Source: Balanoglossus misakiensis
Taxonomy: Eukaryota > Animalia > Hemichordata
DNA: 64,000 nt
Direction: 5' to 3'
Assembly: GCA_040954595.2 (NCBI GenBank)
Contig: CM082579.2
Coordinates: 4,267,227-4,331,226, forward strand
Shown: positions 1 to 15,921 of the stretch, piece after piece
Numbering within the stretch: position 1 is the first letter of the stretch
Layout: each line of letters opens with the position of its first letter
Program-made: the position numbers and the translations under genes
Notes under the pieces: generated by a model
Database searches by the model: none
What the model was told of the DNA's origin: nothing
Seen by the model: only the letters and a program-made list of their open reading frames with translations

Positions 1-17
1 TTTAATTTGTGTTTCAG

Positions 18-180
18 ATTTACCGGCTGTTATGGCATTATCGGACTTTGTGATTGGTTACACGGCACGGATAAATCCTTCCGAGAGAGTGTGTGCTACA
101 GACGACACAAACCGCTGCTAGGTCTGACACCGTTGTCTGAAACCATTCTTGAGTCACACAAAAACGGCAAAGCTTTGTAG
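18..180 (+). CDS. FAXDC2: Terminal exon of an upstream FAXDC2-like (fatty acid hydroxylase/sterol desaturase) gene; rest lies outside the window
   Basis: Acceptor tttcag ends at 17. Translates FTGCYGIIGLCDWLHGTDKSFRESVCYRRHKPLLGLTPLSETILESHKNGKAL*, matching the FAXDC2 C-terminus (CYG..G..D.LHGTD...RH..LLG.TPLSE.I). Confidence 0.85.
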
Positions 181-689
181 AGCAACATTTTGCCTTAAAA
201 GGACTGCAGTTACACATACATACATAATAGATATAATGGAATCGAACTTTTTGCCAAGTATTACTGTAAGCTACAGTATTTCAGTCCAGTGGACATGCAT
301 TAACAGTTGAACATTGTGACGATCGCGGTTACTTGTATCATGTACATGTACTAGTATTTTGTAATTACACAGGGATTTTTTGGGGTTTGCCTAAGCTCTG
401 CTTATTGTTCATGATTTCATGAGTAAAGTTATCAACCAACATTTTAACATAATTAAATAATTTACTGTCAGTGGTTACATGACAACGTGAGTACCTAGCT
501 GCAGAAAATCATTTTATCCAAGATGACAAATCGACTTTGCAAGCCCCACTCAACCCGACACCAAATGGACCACTCCTATCAGTAAAGAAACTTTTTTTCG
601 TGTTTACACTTTGAACGGTCAACGGTTAATCGGTGTACTATGCGACCGACCACAGATAAACAGATAGTGCATCATTGGCAACAACAACA

Positions 690-2696
690 ATGGCAGATGT
701 AAACCTGACCAACAGAACTGATGCAGAGCACGACCAGTACATTCTGAACGCGTGGACTGTCGTCTACAAGGCGTTTGGAGAAAATGACTTCGCCACGTTC
801 ATGCTGGGTATGTACAAATATGCTGTACCAGAGATATCGACGAAACCTGTGTGCTCGCATTATCACCGATGGCTCTTATGCGTGTAAGCGTTACATATGG
901 CCCTGTTGCACGATGACATATTCATTCCAAACAGGGCAGGTAGACTTCGTTCGAGTTCTGAGGCTATTGCCGTATTTCCAGATTTTTTTTGTAAACACAA
1001 ACCAATGACAAGCAATACAAAACAACAAGTAAAGCTTCAAGCGAGCTTGTCTTTCTTTTATCCCGAATGAGGGAACTAGAAGTAGAACGACAATCCGGCG
1101 GTCTGGTCTCAGTAGACACCCTACAGATTGTCGGCAACTCCGGTTCTTTTCTTATTATTTTTTTACATAACATCTCACACACAAAAAACCCAGCCAGGGC
1201 TTAATCACGAAGCATAGGCGTATTACTTCTAACGATATGTAGCCTATCTGACATGCTCACCAGACGTGACCCCTCAGTGTTACTCGCACTGGTATACTCA
1301 GAGGTTGGGGCCAACAGAAGTTCCTCACTTTCACCGTTTAATTCACCAGGTACGACGATGGTCACATTTGTGGCTTTCTATGCAACCAACGGATTCTTCA
1401 TGTTTCTTGATTTCACCAAGAGGCCGACCTTTCTCTACAAATACAAGATACAGCAGGACAAACAGGCGAGTATTTTATTTGGAGCGCAGTTTTCACTCTC
1501 AGGTATAAAAAGCAAACATTGGCCTTTCAACTGTCTAACCCATCTTTGTTTACCCCACATTACACTTTCATTCACAGCTGGATCCGGAAAAGTTTAAGAG
1601 AGTTTTGCCGTACGCCAGTGTGAATCTCGTATTGGTGACCCTGCCCTCGTTTCTTGGCTGGTTTTACGTCGCTAGGTGGCGTGGTTGCAGTTGCGGGTAT
1701 GACGTACCCAGTGGTTGGCAGATCATCCGGGACCTGGTCGTCATACTCGCTATTGAAGAAATCGGATTCTATTACACACACAGGTATGATGGCTCTACTA
1801 CAACCGATGTTTCTTCTGTTTTTGTGATTTGAAACTGACCTGATACACAATAACCACATTAATTTACCGTCATAGAAGTAAAACATCCATATAGCCTTTT
1901 ATACATAATTAATTTTTGCGCATCACAAAGACCAGAGATTTGAATATCATGGTCGAGTACATGACATTTTATCACCAGGTAGCAGAAATCTGTTTTGGGG
2001 AATAAATCTTTGCGCGTTGCATCCGTCATCTATTAATTTCTCAGAATGTGGCACCACCCGCTCTTTTATCGGAAGATCCACAAACTGCACCACGAGTGGA
2101 CGGCCCCGGTAGGCCTCGTCGCCGTCTACCTTCACCCGCTGGAGTATTTTGTCTCCGGTGTCGTCGTGGCGCTGGCTGGGCCAATCGTCATGGGATCCCA
2201 CATGTTGACGTCATGGATTTGGTTGTTTAGTGGCGTCATAGGAACCACCGTCCACCATTCTGGCTACGGCTTTCCGGGACTGTTACGTCACACCACAGAA
2301 TTCCACGACTTCCATCATCTAAAGTAAGGGGTTTAATTTAATGATTTCCATTCTTTGTCTGGTCGTGTCTACCAATATGGCATTTTGTAATCAGTAGGAA
2401 ATATATTCCTTGGATTTCAAAAGAAGGTCACTTTCCAAGAACAAATCATACATCCCGCACTTATTACGTTTTGTGTATCAGACTAACTTTCATTTGGTTC
2501 GTGTTTCTGTTGATCTCTTGACCGTGGACTACGGGCGCTGATGGGGATGGGTTTCTATCGCGCGTGTTGACACGTCGGTTCGCTCATATCTTTCCACAGG
2601 TACAACTACTGTTATGGCGTGTTTGGAATATTGGACTACATACATGGAACCGATACGCTATTCCGGAAATATAACAAGGATAAAAAGACCCTTTGA
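690..2696 (+). CDS. FAXDC2: FAXDC2-like fatty acid hydroxylase/sterol desaturase family protein, 5 exons
   Basis: Exons 690-807, 1350-1465 (GC donor), 1578-1783, 2045-2323, 2600-2696, all phase-compatible. Di-iron His boxes FYYTHR, IHKLHHEW, YLHPLEY, HHSGY and FHDFHH, plus terminal CYGVFGILDYIHGTD. Confidence 0.88.
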
Positions 2697-4335
2697 ATCT
2701 GAGTAAAATTAATGTTACACGAACAGTGATCTCGCACACAATTATTGTGTCAATGAGGACAATCCTTGTGCGCCAAAGACTATCCAATAGACCCTTCTCA
2801 ATGGTGCATTCCAACGTATGATGTGTATACTAAAAACTAGAAACACAAGATTTGTTTCTGAAACCTATTGCTTTACATGTACATGAGTTTTACAATTCAT
2901 AATGAGCGAGGCGTAAAACGTCGACAATGAAAATGTCCTGGGTGCCGTCAACTTATGGCTAGCGCGCGATGCATTGTGGAACTGGAAATATGATTATATA
3001 CACCCAGTAAAATTGGTTCAGATTTTAACTTCGTGGAACAATTGGGCGAGAAGTATAAAACAAAAATTCTTTGAAAAATACCTTGACAACATAAAGTACA
3101 TTGTATGTAAATCTATCTGTCGCTGCTTTGTGTTTTACGCACGGTCATATGATCATGTGTTTTGCAAAGGTCACCTGTCGGTCAGGCTGGGCACAAAGTC
3201 GGACTTCATGCCGCTTGCTATTTGCCTAATCTGACAATAAATGAACGAAGGATTCATGGTGTAAAATGGTGCTTCTTGCTACTGTAATTTGTGACGGAGG
3301 CTGCAGTACGCACACCATTGAATCATGAACCAGACGAGTACACAACGATCCCAGCTGCAGGCAACGACCACAGCTTGCCGCCGAAACATGACGCAGACGG
3401 CATCGTACTCTTTTGCGATCTAGCCAGAATCAAAACACTCGATATATGGCATCGGAATGAGTATTTTCACACTCCTGGCCAATTCATAGTGGAAAAGCGT
3501 CATATTCACATGTTTACATGACCTCCCGGGCACAACAGCCCGACCACACAAAACTTGAGCTGTCCGCCCCTTAATCATCAGCTGCTGTATTGCAGTTTAA
3601 TAATGAAAGAGGAATAAAATAAGATCACTTAAACAAAAACTTTCATTTAACTTCAGATTTCAAAAACCACTGCACAATTCTTTAATCTTAACATTTGGAA
3701 TGTTTTGGAGACCTTCTTAATACTATAATTACTGCTAAAACCAAAACTGCCCGTTAATTATGGTGTTGATGTTCATAAGGAAAATGGCCGAATATTGTGC
3801 TTGTAAACATTTTTTCAAACAGCTGGAAATCGTTCAGATGGTGGTATTTTTCAATGCCAAATGGACTGGTACTGAAGTAGACATACTTGGCTCTCACTTG
3901 ACGCAAAGAAATGACGCACGACGCGATTTTTGTTTAAAAAATTGAACTTTCAAGTTAGCATGAGGGATTATCGTCTTCGGTGGTCGGAAGTTTCTTCGCT
4001 TATTTTTCAAAGTCTGTCGACGAAAGTTTGAAAAAATGAACGGCAGGATAAAGTTTGAAGTCTGATGAATTCGTAACACAAAAGACAATGCGTAAAAAAA
4101 ATAAATTGAGGACGTAACACCCAGTTTGAAAGTAAGTTGTAAGCACATTTTGTCGTACGTTGACGGCGACCTTGAAAAATTCAGTGCTGTGTGCTCTGGG
4201 TGTTTCCTCTGACGTTCGCAACGAATGGTTAAATAGAGTCTCATGCAGCGGGAAATTCAGATTGCTTCAACAGCAAAGGACTCAGCAATACTCTTCCTGT
4301 AAACCTACCTACCAGCCACACCAACTTCACAAATC

Positions 4336-4932
4336 ATGAGTGACGACGCTCCCGCCACCGACGCACCAGCCGCCCCGGCTTCGAAGTCGCCCAAGAAGAC
4401 AAAGAAGCCCAGGGCTCCCGCCGAACACCCCAAGACGATGGAGATGGTCGTTGCGGCGATCACCAACCTGAAAGAGCGCAACGGCTCCTCTCTCCAGGCC
4501 ATCAAGAAATACGTCGCCGGCAACTACAAAGTGGACATCGAGAAGACAACCCCCTTCATCCGACGTGCCCTGAAGAGCGGCGTCTCCAAGGGAGACCTAG
4601 TCCAGACCAAAGGCAAGGGTGCGTCCGGCAGCTTCAAGCTGGCCAAAGCCAAGGTCGAGAAACCCGCCAAACAGAAGAAGGTCGCCGCCAAGCCCAAGGC
4701 TGCCGCCAAGGCGAAGAAGCCAAAGGCAAAGAAACCAGCAGCTAAACCCAAGAAGGCCAAGGCCAAGAAACCAAAAGCTGCAGCAGCCAAGCCGAAAAAG
4801 GTGAAGAAGGCCGAGAAGAAGACCCCGAAGAAAGCGGCGAAGAAGACAAAGGTCGTGGCTAAGCCCAAGAAGTCGCCCGCCAAAAAGGCAGCCAAGCCAA
4901 AGAAGGCAGCCAAGAAGACTTCTAAGAAATAA
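4336..4932 (+). CDS. H1: Linker histone H1, intronless, replication-dependent type
   Basis: Globular domain [29 protein letters not shown]...[15 protein letters not shown] followed by a Lys/Ala/Pro-rich tail with SPKK/TPKK/SPAK motifs. Confidence 0.97.
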   Translation: MSDDAPATDAPAAPASKSPKKTKKPRAPAEHPKTMEMVVAAITNLKERNGSSLQAIKKYVAGNYKVDIEKTTPFIRRALKSGVSKGDLVQTKGKGASGSFKLAKAKVEKPAKQKKVAAKPKAAAKAKKPKAKKPAAKPKKAKAKKPKAAAAKPKKVKKAEKKTPKKAAKKTKVVAKPKKSPAKKAAKPKKAAKKTSKK

Positions 4933-4960
4933 GCACCTTTCTGCTTCAAATCCAAACCAA

Positions 4961-5002
4961 AAACGGCCCTTTTCAGGGCCACCACATGTTCCAAAAAGAG
5001 AA
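4961..5002 (+). promoter_or_regulatory. Histone 3' stem-loop and purine-rich histone downstream element (U7 site)
   Basis: AAAC-GGCCCT-TTTC-AGGGCC-ACCAC at 4961-4985 is the canonical SLBP hairpin. It is followed by CAAAAAGAGAA about 10 nt downstream. Confidence 0.93.
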
Positions 5003-5997
5003 TGCCGTTCATTTTGAATGTCTTTTTGTTATGCAATGTCTGCGCATGTCCGTCTCCAGTCCACGTTATATGCGTCGCTTTATGTATAGTATACCACAGT
5101 GACTGTTTTAAATAACGCGCGATAGCGATGACGTCGAAAAATATGAAGTTTAGCTGTACATCCCGCCAAAACTTGCTTATCCGCCATGCTGTATCTGACC
5201 AGACATATATCTGTCACCATAGAAACATCCTCAGAACGAGACCCAAAGGTAAAGCATTATCTGCTGACCCAATCTTGTTTTATTCGGTGCATTCATGATT
5301 TTCGCACACGTCCAGGTTAATGTATAACCTGTGACCTCATCATCGTGTAGGCCAAAAAACAGCTGGTCTGATCCCCTGCCCCATTCCCACCAATAGCTGC
5401 GGGTGGAACTTCGTAAGCAAACCTAAGGTACATGTATGAGGGCGCTGTCAGTAATAACTCTGGTTGACGAAATGAAACTGGTCACCGTTCTGAACTTCTC
5501 ACTAATTTCTTTCCTCTTTTAAAAAGTAGATCATAATGAGTATAGCAAGAAACATGAAGCGTATGTAGCAACAATTTACCAAAAACAGTTTGCAGTCACG
5601 CATTTCAAATGCAATGTATACCCTTTATCTTTCCTGAAATGCTGCTGTCACGTGACCACTCTGAAAATTGTAATTTCATGCGCGTTCGGAGTCGTGCCAT
5701 TTGTAATCCCGTCATGTGCGGCACTGTATACGTCTCTATACCCTGGGGAGTGATGTCGTTTGTCTTAAGATAAACGAGCAAAGTAAACATGCACAAAATG
5801 TCGCCCATTTCCAATGTGGAATGACTAGTACTAATCCCTGGCTATGAATTTGACGCAAATGTAGTGGGTTTGCGTAGGATAGTCAGGGTTCCAATCTCCG
5901 AAAACGTCCAAGTTGTCTCTTCCCATAAAAAGGGGTAGAAATTGCTGCTAAATCTACTTACAATGACCACTTTTATGAATGGCTGTTCAATAAATTG

Positions 5998-7002
5998 TCA
6001 CGGACAACAAAACAACGTCGCTACAGCTTTCCTCATTTGCTGCCGGTACAACTGCAGTCTTGCGACAATCACCATTGGCGTAACTATGGAGACGATAGAC
6101 GGCAGTAAGATGAAAAACTGGAGAAGTTCGCGCTCTAGGCATTTCGGCATCAGGTAAGCGACGTGCATGCCCGCAAAGTACGGAAACCACGTAATGAAGA
6201 AGAATAGAGCTTTGACGGCAACGGCGACGGACTGTTTGCGACTCCTGGTGAGACTGGGGAGAATCGACGCCGCCGCCGCCGCGGTACTGCTGCCTGATGA
6301 CGTCGACCGGTTTTGCCGTGCCTTCTTTTCCCGTTCCACCTTGCGGTTGGTCCTCACGGCGGCCACCAGTATCGCAGTCGCCAGGCACCCGGAGCCGACG
6401 ACGCTCGGGAGAGCGAACAGGTACCTGCAGACGAAGAAAGCGTCTCTCCGGAGAAACACCACCGGCGCGCAGACGAACGTCTCCCGGTCGCCGGTGTACT
6501 CGTTCACTCCCCACAGCGGCAGCAGAGCCAGGATCAGACTCAGCGACCAGCCCGCGCCGATGGCGACGGAGTATCCCCTCACCGTCGCCTCTTTTTCGTA
6601 CAAGAACGGGTGCCTGAGAAACACGTAGTTGCAGGATGTCGTCAGCAGGCTGTTGAAGCAGATCATGCCGTAGGTGAAAATGTGCAGCCCGGATGCAAAG
6701 ACGCACAGCCAGTAAGAGGGAACCGCGATGATCGAGAGGAAGAAAGCGGACTGCAAGGCCACGTTGACGGCGCAGAAGCAGTTCGCCAGGAGGAAGCTCA
6801 GCAGCACCCGTCCTCTCGTCGGATTCAAAGTTGGCGTCGACCTGACAACGTGCGCCATGAACGCGGTGACCGCGACCACCGCCGCGGCAAAGACCGAAGC
6901 AGAGGAGAGAATGAGAATTGCGTGAAGGCCAGTTTCTGGCGCCGTCTGCGAGAGTGAGGAATTTCCATCCACCGAAACACCACCTTCGCAACGCGCCGCC
7001 AT
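5998..7002 (-). CDS. Intronless rhodopsin-like (class A) orphan GPCR, divergent
   Basis: 334-aa ORF with about 7 hydrophobic segments, Cys at the top of TM3 (WLC), TM4 Trp (GWSLSLILALLPLWG), ECL2 Cys and TM6 FITWFPY. The DRY position reads CNY and NPxxY reads TPMVI. Confidence 0.8.
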   Translation of the reverse strand: MAARCEGGVSVDGNSSLSQTAPETGLHAILILSSASVFAAAVVAVTAFMAHVVRSTPTLNPTRGRVLLSFLLANCFCAVNVALQSAFFLSIIAVPSYWLCVFASGLHIFTYGMICFNSLLTTSCNYVFLRHPFLYEKEATVRGYSVAIGAGWSLSLILALLPLWGVNEYTGDRETFVCAPVVFLRRDAFFVCRYLFALPSVVGSGCLATAILVAAVRTNRKVEREKKARQNRSTSSGSSTAAAAASILPSLTRSRKQSVAVAVKALFFFITWFPYFAGMHVAYLMPKCLERELLQFFILLPSIVSIVTPMVIVARLQLYRQQMRKAVATLFCCP

Positions 7003-7484
7003 GTTTCACTGTGTATGGAGCTCACAGCAAGAACAGCTCCAATGCGTAGCAACGACTACTTAAACAATTATCATAATACCATGTAAGGCGGTATTAAGAA
7101 ACTGGAAATATCACGTGAAGTTACAATCACTGGCCCACAAAACCGTCACCATTGATTGGTCGATACAAACGTCGCCAACGACTATAAAATCTTGAAAGTT
7201 CTTATCTCCATTACGTACTTTGATTATCATTATTAAAATACCCCGTTCTACGTCAGTAGCTATGTATAATTGAATGCATACATAGTAAATCTCGTTTTCT
7301 ATTTAGCTCGACGTGTGCTCGTCGCATAACGGATATTGCTCATTACGCAAATTGACATGTGTTTGCCGAGTTGGCTAATTAAACAGCCATACAAATAAAA
7401 CTATTTTTGTCGTTACGAAGCCGATTTTAACCGCGTCACAAAGCCACGTTTTCTCGCCTTAATTTGTTACCATTCGTATAGTAT

Positions 7485-8255
7485 CTACGATGGCTGCCCT
7501 GGCGTGCTTTCCACCAAGACACTTGTTGGGTCTTCAGTCTCGGAGTCTTGTGATCGGACAGTTTCGTCGCCGGGAGGCTGTTCAACTGACGGTGACGCTG
7601 CGATAGCTCCGTAATCACTTCTCTTCTTCTTCTTCTTCTTCCTACTCCTCGACATCCGTTTGACACTTTTCCGCGCCTCTCGCAGCTTTCTGAGCTCCAG
7701 CATGTAGCGACGTTCCTTGTCCTCCACGGCTTCGTCCACATTCAGAACCATGTGCAACGCCTGCACGGTTACCAGGACGACGATGATGGCGGCCGCCACC
7801 AGCATGGCCGCCACCGCTTTCCGGTTGAAGGGGTCGTACCTGGTGGATATTACCGTGCACTCGTTGCCAACAGCACCGAGACCGTCTTCCTCGCTGACGA
7901 TGCACACGTTGTAGAAGGTGTACGACGTCAAGTTCTGCAGCCTCACCTCGGTGAGGTTACTGGCGACGTCACCAGTCACCTCGATCACGTGATGACCCCG
8001 TCCCTCGTGTCCCAGGGGGGTGTACTCAACGTAGTAGGTTTTGTTTTCGTGCTCGTCCGTCGCGTTTGCGTAGAGCTCGATCAGGATATCATTGGAGGAG
8101 ACGTCCACGATCGACAGGTTGTACGCGGCGTGGTCGTTGCTGTACCCTGCCGCCGAGAAGGGGCAGAAACAGTTGAGGGCCGCCAAATACAGCGGGAATG
8201 AAAACGTGAAAATTTTGATTATGGACAGCATGCCGATATCATTGGCCAGGGACAT
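7485..8255 (-). CDS. Single-pass membrane protein with signal peptide, one fibronectin type III domain, TM helix and basic/acidic cytoplasmic tail
   Basis: Hydrophobic N-terminus, FN3 motif ...YYVEY...VRLQNLTSYTFYNVCIVS, TM AVAAMLVAAAIIVVLVTV and a poly-Lys stretch. A splice acceptor lies just upstream at ~8273, with a probable non-coding 5' exon donor at ~9010. Confidence 0.75.
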   Translation of the reverse strand: MSLANDIGMLSIIKIFTFSFPLYLAALNCFCPFSAAGYSNDHAAYNLSIVDVSSNDILIELYANATDEHENKTYYVEYTPLGHEGRGHHVIEVTGDVASNLTEVRLQNLTSYTFYNVCIVSEEDGLGAVGNECTVISTRYDPFNRKAVAAMLVAAAIIVVLVTVQALHMVLNVDEAVEDKERRYMLELRKLREARKSVKRMSRSRKKKKKKRSDYGAIAASPSVEQPPGDETVRSQDSETEDPTSVLVESTPGQPS

Positions 8256-10278
8256 TGGTAGAAACTTCTGATCTGAAGAAAAAAAGAAAAGTATGAGAAA
8301 AATATGACCTCAATGCGACATAGCAAATCAAAATATTGCGTGATCTTGCCACAGCTCCGTCAGATGGTGGGCAGTATGTAACTATTTTCGATCATTATAT
8401 AACCAGGCCAGCTACAGAATATATCAATAAACTCTGCATGACAATGCACTAATTACAACTATATCATTTTGTTGTAGTATTAAACCAGTCATATTTATAG
8501 TACATACTAAAGCAATCATGCGTGCGATAAACATCTTGTTGAGCAGATGGGAGAGGATTAAGGCCAACAACCGAAAATTAAATTTACCAACTTAAAACAT
8601 TTCACACTCGAATTGTCATAACGCGGGTATATTATTTACAAATTTCTTTCATGTAATATGTTACAGTGGCGACCACTATGCCATTTAAACTACATAATAG
8701 CACGTAATTGTCATGGTGTGTTTGAGTAACAATGATGAAATGACAAAAGACTGTGGCACGTAATATTGTTGGTCGCCAATGCAGGCTTGTCAACACAATA
8801 ACCAAAAATATGGAACCGTTTTGAAACAATCATCCACCTTAAATCCCGCTGTGTCATTGGAGAATCTTTTGCAGGGCTGCATTCCAGTGATGACGAACAC
8901 ACCATTATTGATAAAAGTGATTCGGGTAATATGAAATTTGATAACCCACCTGTATGCTGTCTAAATTTAGAGTGCGCAATCCCGGCCTCACCAAGCAGCT
9001 CGATACTTACTCTACAGTAACTGTGAAGTGACTTGTGCGCATCCTACGTCGAGAACTTCAAGTTGGAAGTCGGCCATATCCACTGCCGCGCCTAGAATCG
9101 CCACCACGCCCTGATGTCTGGACGCAGGATATGTGATGAGCATAAACACGAGACGTGTGTGCGGTCTGTTACACACCACATGGTGTGCGTGGTGGCAACA
9201 TGTTTCATAATTTGACGGTAAACTAATCAAGTCCAGGTTTCAACGAATTTTGAACTCCACTTAATGCTGCGATATAATTTTTAAAAAGTGAATATCATAG
9301 AACCCAGTTAAATAACCGAAAAGAATAGCATGGGGTTGGTAATTTTTTCCCCAGCTGCTGGTTTTTGAAGAGAATCGAAAATTCAGATAAAGACGCCATC
9401 ACCCTGTAACGTATGGTTCATACTGCTATATTTAACAACATACTGAACATTAATTCGTCATTTGTTATTGGTGTTATAAGCAGACTGACAGTGTAGATGC
9501 AAGCTGACGAATGAAAATAGACAACACGAAAAAAATATGCAGTGGGGACATCAGCGTGACAAGCGATGGATTACGTATATTATGCTTATCCAGCATCCTC
9601 CGCGCACGCTCGAAGTAGTTATGTTTTAATACATAGTGTTAAATTATGAAACGATGTAACAGCATTTCTCGAGTATCTATGGTAATATTTAATGAGTATC
9701 TGAAACATATCGGATACAGGTCCCCGCAGCTGGCAGAGCACAGCACAGCCAGCGGTGGAAACTGATTATGGAACCAGACCATGAGACCATGCCGTTCCAA
9801 AATTGTCTGACCTGAGACCTTTCATCTGATTTGAAATCAGTAGATATCGGCATTCATTCGCCAAACTCTGAGAACACACGAGGAAACTTGTATACATATA
9901 CATGTCTAGGTAACTGTGCGTGTCAGTATGGAGGAGGAGGTGACGTGATAATTAGCGTAACATCCACGCTATTGAACTTGATTCGCTCATGATCACATGA
10001 CGTGTGTACAGCCAGCTGCAGAAAGGTGTCCGAGTGAGATTTTAACACAATTAGCATATGTTCGTATGATTTGAATACAGTGTGAAGTATTTCAATCGAC
10101 CAATAATGTCACGGTGTCGTTTTTTAAACTATTCCCTGACTGTACGCGACACTAGAACTGTTCTCAGTTGAGCTGTCTGACCGGTACGGCCTGGCAACTA
10201 ATCGTGTCCACCTTGGAGATGAATGATGAGTTGAATTGGTTCCGATTAATCTTCAAAAGCTCTTTACACTCTTGGAAA

Positions 10279-14776
<4,498 letters not shown>

Positions 14777-15921
14777 TTTACCGATCTGCTGGGTCTCATT
14801 TGTGAACGACGGCAGGTGCGCGGGTGGGCTGTCAAAAGTCGAAGTGATTTTGTAAATCCTGGTATTAACCCACTATGAATGGAATTGGAGCGCTGGTATG
14901 ACCCGCGACCTCTGACACGCCGCCCACGGTCGAGAGAGGGCTGGGTCTACATGCGGAACAGATACACCGTCTGAAGTCAAAACGAAAGCGAATATAGGTA
15001 CGCAGGCGTGCACCCAAAGGATGTCAACCTTAAACGGGCACAAGGGAAGCATCGCTGCCACCAGGATAAATTCTTCTATTGTAGTTATTGTCAGTAAATA
15101 TCAGAGAAACAAACTGGTTGACACTGTTTCAATTTATTATATACATACTCCATTTTGGGGGTACAGGTAGGAAAATATTTGTGGATTAAGTGTCGCGTCG
15201 TACGTAGCTACAGAGTGTGCAATTGAATGGCGAACTCCATGGCAACGGATCATTCACTAGCAACAGAAGTATCACGATCACGCGACCCACGATACAACCA
15301 TTGCAGCAAGGCGGTTTCGTCAGTTATTATGAAATAAATCACAGACACTCGTCACCTGTGCTGAACAGGGAGGGGTATAATAAAGTAAATGAATATTTTA
15401 TTCTGATAATGCACTTTTCTTCACTTGAAAACATTGTCATATGAACAGACCACACATAGTGGAAGACTTAAATTAAGCAATGCCCGGAGAGCCGTAATTC
15501 CCTTGAAGATAATTCAATATAAAAAAAAAACATTTCACTGTAAGGAATCTACAGACTAATTTGACAACTGTGACAAATAACATGGTATTCCCAAAAATGG
15601 TCATCAAATTATAGCTTTCACATGCGCCCTCGCACACCACAAAGCGAAGTTTTTGTATGAGGGCGCTGCAGTCGAAGTTACCATCACTTAGTACACGCAC
15701 ACAAAATTAGTACATGTAAACCCTCATTGTCCTTAAAAGATCATTCTTGTCAATTCTTTCACTGATACTCAAATAAATATTTAGAGTCACAACTGAATTT
15801 GATAAAAAATGTACTAGAGGCTTGATATAAACAATATAAATATTTCTACACTGGTTTGCATTTACATTCATTTATATTAATTCATTCTGTGTTACAAATA
15901 GGAAATGCAGTTGACAGTTAC

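Noticed and set aside
4003-4040. tttttcaaagtctgtcgacgaaagtttgaaaaaatg upstream of H1 resembling the satellite monomer
   Set aside because: Short and AT-rich; the similarity is plausibly chance.
4305-5036. Hydrophobic minus-strand ORFs (72 and 170 aa)
   Set aside because: Antisense shadows of the Lys/Ala-rich H1 gene.
5987-7009. 340-aa overlapping ORF and plus-strand ORFs over the GPCR
   Set aside because: GC-rich alternative-frame shadows with no recognisable motifs.
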